Positions 39,846 to 50,945 of a DNA stretch of 64,000 nt are shown one piece after another. Source of the DNA: an uncultured Phycisphaerales bacterium (lineage in GTDB: Bacteria > Planctomycetota > Phycisphaerae > Tepidisphaerales > Tepidisphaeraceae); the NCBI GenBank assembly GCA_963758525.1, contig CAVWVQ010000003.1, forward strand, positions 2,880,001 through 2,944,000, written 5' to 3'. The translations under genes were made by a program, and so were the position numbers. Below the pieces are notes generated by a model. It had not been told where the DNA came from and did no database searches. It saw only the letters and a list, made by a program, of their open reading frames with translations. Position 1 is the first letter of the stretch. Every line of letters starts with the position of its first letter.

Positions 39846-41442
39846 TCCATCTCATGCGCCTGCAGCTCCGCGGCCTTGCCCGGCGGTCGACGCGTGGTGC
39901 GCGATCGCCACGAACTTTGGCGATGTTTGCCATCGGCAGCCTTCTGCTGGGAGTGTCGCTGGGGACGAACTTCTTCTTCCGTCGCCCGCCGTCTGATCCA
40001 CAGCGCGTGCGGATGGCCGCGCCGTTTGCGCTGCTGGCCATCTGCGTGCTGACGCTCATTACTTCCGCGGGCGACCGCGCGATCAGCTTCACGCCCGGCG
40101 AGGTCGACATGCTGTTCCCCGGACCGTTCACGCGCCGCCGGCTCATCCTCTACAAGCTCACCAAAAGCACGTTCGCGGCAATGCTCTCGGCGCTGTTTCT
40201 CTCGGCAGTGCTCCATCGCCACGCGAGATGGTGGCCGGCGGGCTACCTGGGAATCCTCCTCTCGCTGTTGTTCATCCAATTCTTCAGCATCAACGCGGTC
40301 ATCGCCGCCCAAACGCTGGGAGCCCGGCTGCGAAGCCGGGCGCGCTTCGCGATCTTGATCGGTCTGCTCGCGGCTGGCGTCGTCACCGCCCGGCAGGTGC
40401 TTGCCGGGGCGCTCCGGTTGGCGGCGATCAGATGATGCAGCGCATCACCTATTCTTCTGTCGGAAGTGTCCTGCTGTTCCCGTTCTCATTTTTCGGAGAA
40501 ACGATCACTGCCGAGACGTTCCCCGCGCTGATGCGCTGGAGCGTCCCCGCGATGGCAATGGACGCCGCGCTGCTGCTGCTTCTGCTCATGCTTGACGCGC
40601 ACTACCTGGAAGCCGCGTCGGTCGCCAGCGAACGCCGCTACGCGCAGCTGCAGCGCATTCGCGGGGGTTCGGTCCTCTCAATCGGCGTTTCGGGCAATGC
40701 CCGCTGGCACATCGCGCAGCCGCCATTTCTTGGTGGAATCGGTCCGATTCTCTGGCGGCAAATGACCGTGGCCGTCCGTAGTTCCAAGGGACTGCTCTTT
40801 CTGCTGCTCATTCTCGCCGTCGGCGCCACCCCCCTGATATACAGCACGGGCCGCCAGACGCAGCACTTTGCGACAACCTTCGCGAGTGTCGCCGTCTGGC
40901 TCACGCTGCTGGTCTCGACGATGTTGAAGTTCGACTTCCGCGGCGACCTGGACCTCATGGACGTCCTCAAGTCGCTGCCGCTGCATCCCTGGGCGATCGC
41001 CGCAGGCCAGCTCATCGCGCCCTCTCTGTTGCTGGGAGCCACCCACCTCGCGCTGCTCGCGGTGGCGGCGCGCGCGGCTCCGCATCACAACTCGGCGTTC
41101 GCTTGCGCCGCCGCGCTGGTGTTGCCGTTGGACTTCCTGCTCTTTGCCGTGGAAAATCTCCTCTTTCTGCTCTTCCCCACGCGCCCGGCCGCCGCCAGCC
41201 CGGGTGATTTTCAGATTCTGGGCCGCCAGGCGATGGTCCTGAGCGGGAAAATGATAGCGCTGGCCATCATCGTGATGCCTCCGCTGGCGATTGCCTTTCT
41301 CGTCTACGCGCTAACGCGCGAATCGCTCGCCGCGTTCGCGATCGCCGCGGCAGTTCTCATCATCGCGGAGGTTTTGGCGATGATCCCGATCATCGGCTGG
41401 GCGTTTGCACGGTTTGACCCCAGCATCCACACCCCCGCGTGA
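39830..41442 (+). CDS. putative ABC exporter permease, frameshifted near 40410-40430
   Basis: AISFTPGEVDMLFPGPFTRRRLILYKL; KFDFRGDLDLMDVLKSLP; AVENLLFLLFP; many TM helices; follows the ABC ATPase. Confidence 0.75.
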
Positions 41443-41448
41443 TCCACC

Positions 41449-41999
41449 ATGCACGTGCAAACGCACATCATGTCCGGCTGGGTCGCCGCCAACTATCTCG
41501 ATCTGACCCCGCGCAGCGCGGCTTCTGCATGATCTCGGCATCGATTGCCGACCTCGACGGCCTGAGCATTCTCTTCGGGCAGAACGCCTACTGGACGTAT
41601 CACCATCTGCTCTGCCACGGCATCGTCTTCGCCACGCTCTTCTCCCTCGTCTTCGCCTGGCTTTCGCCGCCAGCGATCAAATCATTTTTAGTCTATTTCT
41701 CGCTGGGCCATCTGCATCTTCTGATGGATTACTACGGCTCGGGGCCGGGGTGGGACATTTTCTATCTCTACCCTTTTTCGCGCCGCTCGATTTTTAACCC
41801 GCATGCATGGAATCTTTATTCCTGGCAGAACCTCACCGCCGCCGGCGTGTTATTCACCTGGACGATCGTGATTGCGGTTCGTCGCGGGCGAACGCCGCTT
41901 GAGACAGTCATGCCGAGCCTGGATCGGCAGCTCGTCGAATTGCTGCGCGAGAAGCTTCCTTTTCTCGCGACCAATACGACTCGCGAATCCCATTCGTAG
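41449..41999 (+). CDS. membrane metal-dependent hydrolase (YdjM-like), frameshifted near 41510
   Basis: MHVQTHIMSGW from ATG 41449, then ADLDG, YHHLLCHG, HLHLLMDYYGSG. Confidence 0.75.
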
Positions 42000-42065
42000 G
42001 GCAGGATTTATCCCCCCGCTTCCATCGATGCACGACCGCGAACGGCGGGATAAATCCCGCCCTAC
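41996..42065. repeat. GTAG-type REP doublet
   Basis: GTAGGGCAGGATTTATCCCCCC ... CGGCGGGATAAATCCCGCCCTAC. Confidence 0.75.
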
Positions 42066-42124
42066 GTGAATTGCGGCAAATCCACTCTGCTGAAGTTGGC
42101 GATCAGCCGCTAAAATGCCTCCTC

Positions 42125-42481
42125 ATGCGAGCAGCAATGTTTCTCACGCTTTCCAACATCTTCATGACGTTTGCCTGGTACGGCCATCTCAAATGGTTCG
42201 GCCCCGACAGCTCCCCAAGTGCATTCCCGCTGAAGATTATCGTGATCAGCTGGCTGATTGCCTTCTTCGAGTACTGCTTTCAAGTTCCCGGCAATCGCAT
42301 CGGGAAAAACGTGGAGCATTTGAGCCTCGGGCAGCTCAAGATCATGCAGGAAGTCATCACGCTGACGGTCTTCTGCATCTTCGCGATCACGTTCATGCAG
42401 GAACGGCTCCACTGGCGGTTCTTTGTCGCGTTTGGATTGATGCTGGGAGCAGTTGCACTGGTGTTTACGGGGAGGAAGTAG
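42125..42481 (+). CDS. DMT family small membrane protein
   Basis: SNIFMTFAWYGHLK, SWLIAFFEYCFQVP.NRIG, QLKIMQEVITL. Confidence 0.9.
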   Translation: MRAAMFLTLSNIFMTFAWYGHLKWFGPDSSPSAFPLKIIVISWLIAFFEYCFQVPGNRIGKNVEHLSLGQLKIMQEVITLTVFCIFAITFMQERLHWRFFVAFGLMLGAVALVFTGRK

Positions 42482-42690
42482 AACGGTTGACGATTGGACC
42501 CTTGGGTCCGCGAAGGGCAAGCTACGGCGATACCGCTGGCGTGATTGAAGGGTTGTTTTACTCTGTTCGTCGGTGCTTTCGCGGGTTCGGTGCGGTGGTG
42601 GCGGGAATCAACGCAAACGGCCGCGCCCTGCTTTTGGCGGGGCGCGGCCGATGCCGCATCGGAATGAATCGATGGGACGCTTTTGACTTT

Positions 42691-44004
42691 TTAGCAGAGC
42701 GAGGGACTGACGATTCCACGCGCCGGTGGCCCCAGGTGCAACGACTCGACAGCGAGTTGGGCGATGTGCCGGCCGATGGCGATGGAGGCGGTGGCGGCGG
42801 GGGATGGGGCGTTGAGCACGTGCACCATGCGGGGGGCGGTGGCGATGCGGAAATCGTCGACGAGCTTGCCGTCGGCGTCGACGGCCTGGGCGCGAACGCC
42901 GGCGTTGCCGGGCTGAAGGTCGCCGAGCTGGAGGTCGGGCATCAATCTTCGCAGGGCGCGGAGGAAGGCGCGCTTGCTGACAGATCGATGAAGTTCGCCG
43001 AAGCCGGTCTTCCAGTGCTGGCGGGCCATCTTCCAGAAGCCGCCGTAAGTGGCGATGCGCATGGCATCGGTCGGATTGAAGCTGGTTTTGGCGTACCCGT
43101 GGCGTGCCATGGCCAGGACGGCGTTTGGCCCGGCTTCGACGCCGCCGCCGACCATGCGGGTGAAGTGGACGCCGAGGAACGGGAAGCGCGGATCGGGGAC
43201 CGGATAGATGAGGTTGCGGACGAGGTGCTGGCGCGGCTCGGCGAGATGGTAGTACTCGCCGCGGAAGGGAATAATTTGCACGCCCGGATCGACGCCGCAC
43301 TGACGAGCGATCTGGTCACTGTGCAGGCCGCCGCAGTTGATCAGTCCCTGGGCGTGGATTTCGCCGGCGAGCGTCTGGAGCGTGATGCCGTCGGATCGGA
43401 CGTGAATGGTGGAGACGTTGGCGTTGGTGCGGACTTCTCCGCCGCGTTCGCGGACCACGTCGCCGTACGCGGCGGCCACCTGTCGATAGTTGACGATGCC
43501 GGTATCGGGAACGTGCAGACCCGCGATGCCGCGAACATATGGCTCGTAGCGCGTGAGGTCCGGGCCGGAGAGACGTTTCACTCCTTCGAGACCGTTGGCA
43601 TTTCCGCGGCGTTCGAGCTCATCGAGCGCGGGCAATTCCTCGGGGCGCGTCGCCACGACAATTTTGCCGCACCGCTCATGGGCCACGTTGTGCTGCTGGC
43701 AGAATTCATAAAGCGCGCGGCTCCCTTCGACGCAGAGCCTGGCCTTGAGCGAGCCCGGTTTGTAGTAGAGCCCGGAGTGGATGACGCCGCTGTTGTGGCC
43801 GGTCTGGTGCGAGCCGAGCATATTTTCGGCTTCGAGCACGACGATGGAGATGTCGCGCTCGCGCAGCAGCGCCATGGCGGTTGCCAGCCCGACGATGCCG
43901 CCGCCGATGATGGCGACGTCGTAGGAGCCGCGCAGCGGCGCATAGAAAACCGGTCGAACCTGGGCACTGTTGGGATTGGGATTGGCCATGAGCGATTGGA
44001 TCAT
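42691..44004 (-). CDS. lhgO: L-2-hydroxyglutarate oxidase
   Basis: IIGGGIVGLATA, HQTGHNSGVIHSGLYY.PGSLKA, PFRGEYY, IYPVPDPRFPFLGVH, GVRAQA, NAPSPAATAS. Confidence 0.9.
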   Translation of the reverse strand: MIQSLMANPNPNSAQVRPVFYAPLRGSYDVAIIGGGIVGLATAMALLRERDISIVVLEAENMLGSHQTGHNSGVIHSGLYYKPGSLKARLCVEGSRALYEFCQQHNVAHERCGKIVVATRPEELPALDELERRGNANGLEGVKRLSGPDLTRYEPYVRGIAGLHVPDTGIVNYRQVAAAYGDVVRERGGEVRTNANVSTIHVRSDGITLQTLAGEIHAQGLINCGGLHSDQIARQCGVDPGVQIIPFRGEYYHLAEPRQHLVRNLIYPVPDPRFPFLGVHFTRMVGGGVEAGPNAVLAMARHGYAKTSFNPTDAMRIATYGGFWKMARQHWKTGFGELHRSVSKRAFLRALRRLMPDLQLGDLQPGNAGVRAQAVDADGKLVDDFRIATAPRMVHVLNAPSPAATASIAIGRHIAQLAVESLHLGPPARGIVSPSLC

Positions 44005-44082
44005 AGATAACACTTTTGTGCGGAAACAAGCGCCGCCCCGCCATGGAGCGTTATCGGCCGACGGATGGCCGGGCGTGCAGGA

Positions 44083-45721
44083 TCATCCGACGAGTTTTGC
44101 GTTGTCGAGGCGTCGGAGCCAATGAGCCGCGGAAAACGCCACTAATGCAGTCGCGGCAATACCCATCAGCAGGTTATCGGTCCTGAAGGAGCGTTTGCAG
44201 ATCACGACCAGAACGAACTCCATCGCCAGCGCCGGCGCGAGCAGCCCGATGCCCAGGGCAATGTGCCGGCCGCGAGCATCCAGCCGGCGGTTCGCTGTGA
44301 TCATCGCAAGGACGAGCGCGAGCGGCGTGAAGCTGATCAGAAAGAACGCCCAGCGGTAGAGTTCCGGAAGGAAACCTGCAAAAGGAAGCGTCATTGCCCT
44401 GGCCAGGTAGTGCGCGACGTCGCCGAAGTCGGCGGGGACGTTCGCGGTGACGCTCTGCAACGGGCCATCCACATAGATGCGCAAGACGGGGTCGTCGTAG
44501 GTGAGGATCAGATCATGCGGCCCGGGTCGCACAAAAAAATCGTCGATCTTCCAGGCGGGATTGGTTCCATTGTCCCCGGTGAGCGGGGTGCGCAGTCTGA
44601 TCACCAGATCCGAAAGCTGCTGGCCGATCGTCACGTTGCAATGCAACGAATCGGACGCGATCGCAACAATCCTCCCCAGCTCGGGGGATTGCGAATCCAG
44701 ATCGGATTCAAACTTGCATCGGATCGTGAACGCCGACGCTCCGCGAATCTCCCTGCAGAGACGGGATATCGGCGCTGTGGAGATGAGCCAGTCGCCGCCG
44801 GAGATGCTTGGTTGACGCTCTTTTGCCGTCACATCCGGTCCGTCCCAGATGAGTTCAGGACTTTGGCGCGTCAGATCGGCACTGGGCGCTGATCCGTCGA
44901 TTCGATAGGAAGCCAGCAGCGATTTGCCAAGCACGGTGCGCAGATCCCGTGCCGCATAAGCTTGCGGAATCTGCCCCGGCGTGAGCGCGGTGTCGGCCAA
45001 CTCGATGCTCTGGACGGTTCCCTTCCATCCCCGATCGCCCTGCGGAACATTTCCGACCACCAGCCGGAAGGTGCTGATATCCCAACTCGCCAAATTGCGG
45101 CCGACATGGCGCATCCGCAGCGGACCGCGCAGCGCAAGCCAGAAAGAAGAGAAACGTCATCGCCGCGCCAACGGGGGAAAGCCAGCGCATGAGCCGGAGC
45201 AGTACCCATCCCGTGCACCGCAGCAGGGGGAGGCCAACTAAAAGGAACAGCACCGCGCCGAAAATTCCGCCGGTGGTGTTGGAAAGGATGTCGGCCAGCG
45301 ACGAATCGCGCGTCGGCAGCCAGTGCTGAAGAAACTCGATCGAGCAGGAGCAGATGCAGCTGATGACGGCAGCGAACAGAACGGTTTGCAAGACGCGGTA
45401 GTTTCGCTTGCGACTCAGGCACGCGAGCGCGAATCCGAACGGAGTGAAGAGGACAATGTTGTTCGGGGTGTCCAGAAGATTCGCCGGATCGTAGGCCCGC
45501 CAGTCAAAAGGAGACGCCGCCTGGCGGATCGTCATCCCGTGCGGCACGGTAAAGTTGAACGGGAAAAGCGTGCAAAAGACGATCGCGAGGAAGCTGAGGA
45601 TGACCAGCGGGGGAGCCCAAAGTTCCGCGAGGTTGCAAGGAGCCGGGTTCGTCGACGGCGCAGCGGAACCGGCGGTAGCGCCGGACGCGCGAGGCGGATC
45701 TGTTGAGGAGGCTGGGAGCAC
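44083..45721 (-). CDS. VanZ-like membrane domain fused to a LamG/concanavalin-like domain, frameshifted near 45125
   Basis: TLFPFNF, NIVLFTPFG, IEFLQHWLPTRDSSLADILSNTTG; second part has GRIVAI...NVTIGQ..SDLVIRLRTP, LTYD...RIYVDG; start approximate. Confidence 0.75.
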
Positions 45722-45762
45722 GCGTGGAGGAGTGGAGGACGAAGCGAGCGGAGCACATCCCC

Positions 45763-45817
45763 GTAGCACAGCCGTCCCGGCTGTGATTAGCAGCCACAGC
45801 CGGGACGGCCGTGCTAC
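45763..45817. repeat. GTAG-led REP doublet
   Basis: GTAGCACAGCCGTCCCGGCTGTG ... CACAGCCGGGACGGCCGTGCTAC. Confidence 0.8.
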
Positions 45818-45871
45818 GTGAATGCGGAGCAAGTCGGAAGCGTTACCGCAAGAACAGAATCGGCGAGCTGA

Positions 45872-47113
45872 TCAGGTTCCGACCGTCAGCAGCTTGGCCC
45901 CCAGGCCCATCTTGTCCAGATCGGCCTGGACCTCCTTGCGATAGATCGGATTCATCAGGATGACGACGTCCGGCTTGTACTCGGCGAGGAATTGCGGCGG
46001 AACGATGCGCTGCCCGGTGCCGGGCATGAACTTGTTCTGCCGGAAGGGGTTGATGTCCACGACAAATTCGACTGCGTTGCCGACGCCCAGCGTGGTGAGA
46101 AACGCGACGGCCTTGGAGAGGGCGATCCAGACGACGACTTTTTTGCCCTGGGCATGAAGATCGAGAATGAGGTTGCGCCAGTAGCTGACTCCGTCCGCGA
46201 GCCGGGTGGTCGCGCTGTCGACGAGTTCCCGCATCTGCTGCAGGTCATCCTCCAGCGGAAGACTCGGCGCGGGAATTTCGCCTTCGATGGGTCGGGCGCC
46301 GATCAGCAGATACTGATCGTCGTAGCAGCGTTCGAGTTCGACGACGTCAAATCCAGACTGGCGAAAGAGCCGCGCCAGCGATCCGGGGCTGAAGTAGGAG
46401 CAATGCTCGTAGTAGATGTCCCAGAACGCGCCCTCCTTGAGCACGCGGACGACGTCGGGCAGTTCGAAGAGGACGATCGTATCGAGCTGATTGCCGATGG
46501 TCCGGCGGATGGAACGCAGGAACTCGCCGGTGCGCCCGATATGTTCAAGGGTATGCCGGCAGAGCACGACGTCGGCGGTGAGATGCGCGTATTTCTCGTT
46601 GTAATGGTCCGGGATGAACTGCACGAGCTTCTTGAATTCCTCGGGCGTGCGCTCGGCGCGGTAGCTGGGATCGATGCCGATCCCGCGGTTGTTGCCGAGC
46701 TCACACATGAGCACGAGGAATTCGCCTTTTCCACAGCCGATCTCGAGAATCGTCTTGTTGCGGATCTGATACCGATCGATCCACGTCTGCGCCAGCTTTT
46801 TGGCAAAGGCGTTGAACGTGGGCGAAAAACCCTGCGATTCCTCGCAGTTGGAACAATATTCCTGCAGGGTGGCATCGTAGGCGGTGTTGCTGACAAAGCC
46901 GCAGTTGGAGCAGAAGCCGAGCTTCAGCCTTCCTCGCGGAAAATTGACGGCCTCGTCGGGACTGGCGGTCTGGACGGTGCTGTGCACCGGTATGTTGTCG
47001 GCGGCGTAAAACAGCGTCATGCCCCTGGAGAAGCAATTGGGACACTGGCACGACTTGTCGAACGAGCGAGGTTCGGCGCGCGACGCGGGCTGATCGAGTG
47101 TGAGTTTGGTCAT
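45872..47113 (-). CDS. NDP-sugar C-methyltransferase family protein
   Basis: CPNC..CSNC zinc site, ILEIGCGKGEFL, CRHTLEH, FWDIYYEHCSYF, VVDINP..Q.KFMPG. Confidence 0.85.
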   Translation of the reverse strand: MTKLTLDQPASRAEPRSFDKSCQCPNCFSRGMTLFYAADNIPVHSTVQTASPDEAVNFPRGRLKLGFCSNCGFVSNTAYDATLQEYCSNCEESQGFSPTFNAFAKKLAQTWIDRYQIRNKTILEIGCGKGEFLVLMCELGNNRGIGIDPSYRAERTPEEFKKLVQFIPDHYNEKYAHLTADVVLCRHTLEHIGRTGEFLRSIRRTIGNQLDTIVLFELPDVVRVLKEGAFWDIYYEHCSYFSPGSLARLFRQSGFDVVELERCYDDQYLLIGARPIEGEIPAPSLPLEDDLQQMRELVDSATTRLADGVSYWRNLILDLHAQGKKVVVWIALSKAVAFLTTLGVGNAVEFVVDINPFRQNKFMPGTGQRIVPPQFLAEYKPDVVILMNPIYRKEVQADLDKMGLGAKLLTVGT

Positions 47114-47168
47114 GATTCAAAACGCCGGCTTGGGAACGAGGCGTCTCCAGTGTGAGAAAAACGGGTGT

Positions 47169-48344
47169 TCACACCGCAACTTGGCGCTGTGCGACCGTGT
47201 TGGGAACGACGGTGGACATCAGCCGGTTGTATTCCTGCCAGGTGCCGGCGGCGATGCGGCGCCAGCGGAGGTTCTCGATGGCGTAGGCGCGCCCGGCCAT
47301 CCCCATCTGCGGCCATTGCGGGCGCAGGCGCAGCATTTCAGCGATTCCGTCGCGTACGGATTGAACGGTCGGATTAACGACGATCCCGCATCCGCTGGCG
47401 CGGACATGCGGGGAGATGCCGGCGATTTCCGACACGATCACAACCCGGCCGGCGAGCATCGCCTCCAGCGCCGCCAGGCCGAATCCCTCGAAGCGCGAGA
47501 CGAGGCAGAACATATCGTGGCGCGCGATCAGCGATGGTGACGACGCGTTGAAATCCGCTTCGGGGAACGAGACATCAGCTTCGATGCCGGCCCGCTGTGC
47601 GCGGGCGACGAGCGCGGCGCGGTCGCCCCAGTCGGGACCTTGGATCGTGAGCAGGGGCCGGGTATCTGCCGGAAGCTGGGCCATCGCGTCAATCAGAACA
47701 TCGAGCCCCTTATTGTGTGCGTCGATGCGGCCCATGAATATCGCCGAGGGGCGTCCGCCATGATGCCAGGTCAGTTGATCCTCGGGGAGCACGTCGGCCT
47801 TGGCGTATCCGTTGGTGGTTTCGATCACCGGCACGTTGACTCCGAGGCGCGCGAGCCATTGGCCATGGCGGGCGTCGAGCACCTGCACGGCCAGGGCTCC
47901 GTTGAGCATGGGCCGTTCGCGCAGATACCAATAGGGCCATTTCAGGAGGCTGTTTTTAGAGAAGATGGACGGATGATAGGGGTCGTGCGGGGCAACGATG
48001 TAGGGGACGTTGAGTTGGCGAAGCAGCACGGCCAAAGCGCAAACGCCGGGATGAAAGATCCCATTGAGAACGTAGAGCGTGTCCTGGCTGTTCTCCAGAA
48101 CGAAACTGCGCAGGCCGCTGGAAACGGATCCATAGAGCCGGGCCGGCGGCGCCCCTGCGATGCAGCGTACCTCATAACCCGGGGCGATCTGCCGGACCGA
48201 ATTCTGTTCTCCCTCGCAGAGCACGACCACGGGCGTGCCATTTTCGGCAAAGCCGTGGGCAAGGCCGTGAACGGCCTTGCAAATGCCCAGGTTGGGGGAC
48301 TCGCCGTTGGCAGGAAAGTCCTGTAGGTAAAAGAACAGACGCAT
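47169..48344 (-). CDS. glycosyltransferase family 4
   Basis: FMGRIDAHNKGLD, SRFEGFGLAALEAM. Confidence 0.9.
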   Translation of the reverse strand: MRLFFYLQDFPANGESPNLGICKAVHGLAHGFAENGTPVVVLCEGEQNSVRQIAPGYEVRCIAGAPPARLYGSVSSGLRSFVLENSQDTLYVLNGIFHPGVCALAVLLRQLNVPYIVAPHDPYHPSIFSKNSLLKWPYWYLRERPMLNGALAVQVLDARHGQWLARLGVNVPVIETTNGYAKADVLPEDQLTWHHGGRPSAIFMGRIDAHNKGLDVLIDAMAQLPADTRPLLTIQGPDWGDRAALVARAQRAGIEADVSFPEADFNASSPSLIARHDMFCLVSRFEGFGLAALEAMLAGRVVIVSEIAGISPHVRASGCGIVVNPTVQSVRDGIAEMLRLRPQWPQMGMAGRAYAIENLRWRRIAAGTWQEYNRLMSTVVPNTVAQRQVAV

Positions 48345-48388
48345 CGCGTGAAACCTTAACTATCGTTGCCGCCGGCTCAACCCTGCAT

Positions 48389-49642
48389 TTACACAATTTG
48401 CGGGTTGGGAATCGGGATAATGAACTGACCGCCGCCCTTTCGGAACGCGTCCTGCTGCTTGAGGATTTCGTCCTTGAAGTTCCACGGAAGCACCAGAACG
48501 TAATCCGGCTTCTCTTCCATCAGCTTTTTGGGGTCGAGGATCGGGATATGCACGCCCGGCATGAACTTGCCCTGCTTGTGAACGTTGCGATCGACGACGA
48601 AGTCGATCGTGTCGGTGCCCAGCCCGACGTAGTTCACCAGCGTGCTTCCTTTGGCGGCGGCGCCGTAGGCGGCGATACGCTTGCCCTGTGCCTTGATCTT
48701 CGAGCACATCTCTCGCAAGGATTTGCGGATGTCTTTCACCTTGTTGGCGAACATCTCGTAATAGGGGAACTTGTCGATTCCCAGCGCCTTCTCTTCGCCG
48801 AGCAGCTTCTTGACGGCTTCGCCGACCTGTTCCTTCGGCTCGACATAAATCCGCAGCGAGCCGCCGTGGATCGAGAGCCGCTCGACATGGTTGAGATAAA
48901 GCCCATGACGGCGGAACAGATGATCGATCGCGGTTGCCGAGAAATAGCAAAGATGCTCGTGATAGATGGTGTCGAATTCGCCGTGCTCGATGAGATCGCG
49001 AACGTAGGGGAATTCGAAGACGCCGACGCCGTTGTCCTTGAGCAGGAGTTTGACGCCGTCGACAAAGCCATTGGTGTCGGCGACGTGCGCCAGCACGTTG
49101 TTGCCGATGATCACGTCGGCGCGGCGGCCCTCGTTGCGAAGCTTGGTCGCCAGGTCCTTGCCGAAGAAGGTGCAGAGCGTGGGGACGCCGATTTTGATGG
49201 CGGCCTTGGCCGGTCCGTCGGCGGGGTCAATCCCGAGAACGGGAACGCCTTTCTCCACGAAATTCTTCAGCAGATAGCCGTCATTGCTCGCCAATTCGAC
49301 GACCAGGCTGTCTTTGTTGAGCTTGCGGGTGGCGACGAGATTCAGTGCGTTCTTGCGCGAGTGTTCGAGCAGATGATCGGAGAACGAAGAGTAGTACGGA
49401 TAGTCCGCGCTAAAGAGCACTTCCGGCGGAACCGTCTCGAGGATCTGCACCAAAGAGCAACTGGGGCAGAAGGCGACTTCCAGGGGGAACGCCGGGTCCT
49501 GCTGCTTGAGCTGCTCGGTGGTCCGAAGTCCGTCAGCCAGCGGCTGCTGCCCCAGATCGAGGAAGGGCTTAAGGCCCGGCTTCTTGCAGGAGCGGCAGAG
49601 CGTTTCGGTTTTGCTGCGGGTGTTGTTATTCATTGCGACCAT
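48389..49642 (-). CDS. NDP-hexose 3-C-methyltransferase (TcaB9/NovU-like)
   Basis: CRSC, LDLG.QPLAD, CPSCSLVQ, YPYYSS, VELASNDGYLL, FDTIYHEH, YGAAAKG. Confidence 0.9.
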   Translation of the reverse strand: MVAMNNNTRSKTETLCRSCKKPGLKPFLDLGQQPLADGLRTTEQLKQQDPAFPLEVAFCPSCSLVQILETVPPEVLFSADYPYYSSFSDHLLEHSRKNALNLVATRKLNKDSLVVELASNDGYLLKNFVEKGVPVLGIDPADGPAKAAIKIGVPTLCTFFGKDLATKLRNEGRRADVIIGNNVLAHVADTNGFVDGVKLLLKDNGVGVFEFPYVRDLIEHGEFDTIYHEHLCYFSATAIDHLFRRHGLYLNHVERLSIHGGSLRIYVEPKEQVGEAVKKLLGEEKALGIDKFPYYEMFANKVKDIRKSLREMCSKIKAQGKRIAAYGAAAKGSTLVNYVGLGTDTIDFVVDRNVHKQGKFMPGVHIPILDPKKLMEEKPDYVLVLPWNFKDEILKQQDAFRKGGGQFIIPIPNPQIV

Positions 49643-49862
49643 TGTGAATTCCATTCCAGTGACTGCCAAGGGATTCCGCGGCAATAGCGAGCCGCACCCA
49701 ATCATCGGTAAATTTCTCCGGCAACTTACCGTGCCGGGGGTTTCATAAGCAGCGCTTTCAAACCTGCCGTACCGCTGGCAGGCCGGAAGCCTGCACCACA
49801 AATGCGGCATCCAAAAATCCCTCTCCCGGAGTTATCCGGGAGAGGGATGAGCGAGAGCGTGT

Positions 49863-50912
49863 TTAGGCCGGCACTTTCTCGCGCTCGGGCGCGGTGTGCC
49901 GCAGCGTCGAGTCGATGATGCCGTCTTCGATGAGCTTGCGAATGTGGCCGATGCGCTGGAACTTGGGCCCTTCAAACTCTTCGAGCGTGAGGCCGACCTT
50001 CTTGTAGACCTCATACAGTTCGCGAGCGCCCTTCTTGGCGTCCCACTGGGGTTTGAAGGCAGGCAGCACCCGCGCGATCTTATCGCAGTTGACGCGGTAG
50101 CAGCGTTTGTCGGGAGAAGCGTCGGGGGCGTATTCGACTTTGCAGCCGGGCACGGTGGCGGCAACGATCTCCGCCAGTTCGCGCATGCGGTAGTTTTCCG
50201 AAGTGCGGCCGACGTTAAACGCCTCGCGATGGACCAGCTCGCGCGGAGCGGCGACAACAGCGGCAAATGCGCGGGAGATGTCTTCAATATGCGTGATCGG
50301 CCGCCAGGGGGTTCCGTCGCTCTTGAGGTAGACGCGTTTGGTGGTGAACGCCCAGGCGGTGAGATTATTGAGAACCAGATCGAACCGCAGGCGCGGGGAG
50401 ACGCCATAGGCGGTGGCGCTGCGGAGGAAGATCGGCGAGAAGCGGTCGTCGGCCATCGGCGTCAGATCGCGCTCCACATTGACCTTGGACTGCCCGTAGG
50501 GAGTCACGGGGTTGAACGCCGACGATTCGTCGAGAAACTCGTCGCCGGCCGCGCCGTAGTTGGAGCAGGAGCTGGAGAAGACGAACCGGCGAACGCCCGC
50601 CTTCTTGGCCATTTCAGCCAGACGGACCGAGGCGCGGTGGTTGATGTCAAACGTCAGGTCGGGATTGAGATTCCCCAGCGGATCGTTGGATAGAGCAGCC
50701 AGGTGGAGCACCGCCTCAAAGCCCTTGAGATCGGAGACTTCGACTGCGCGAATGTCCTTCTTGATCGACGGCACATTGGCGATGCCGGCGCCGAAGGTGC
50801 AGCGGCTGTACAGATCGCTGTCGAGTCCGACCACTTCATGGCCCTCCTTGAGCAGCAGGGGGGTCATGACCGTTCCGATGTAGCCCAGATGTCCAGTGAC
50901 TAAGAGACGCAT
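49863..50912 (-). CDS. NAD-dependent NDP-sugar epimerase/dehydratase (extended SDR)
   Basis: VTGHLGYIG, HLAALSNDP, SSSCSNYG, YGQSK. Confidence 0.9.
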   Translation of the reverse strand: MRLLVTGHLGYIGTVMTPLLLKEGHEVVGLDSDLYSRCTFGAGIANVPSIKKDIRAVEVSDLKGFEAVLHLAALSNDPLGNLNPDLTFDINHRASVRLAEMAKKAGVRRFVFSSSCSNYGAAGDEFLDESSAFNPVTPYGQSKVNVERDLTPMADDRFSPIFLRSATAYGVSPRLRFDLVLNNLTAWAFTTKRVYLKSDGTPWRPITHIEDISRAFAAVVAAPRELVHREAFNVGRTSENYRMRELAEIVAATVPGCKVEYAPDASPDKRCYRVNCDKIARVLPAFKPQWDAKKGARELYEVYKKVGLTLEEFEGPKFQRIGHIRKLIEDGIIDSTLRHTAPEREKVPA

Positions 50913-50945
50913 GGGTTTCTCACTCCTTACAGTGTTTGTTCTTTT

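Noticed and set aside
42115..44010. 631-aa plus-strand ORF, and similar long antisense ORFs (30796..32229, 48398..49687, 45992..47155, 55296..56729, most of 15117..16781)
   Set aside because: Shadow ORFs opposite well-supported genes, typical of high-GC codon bias; no recognisable motifs.
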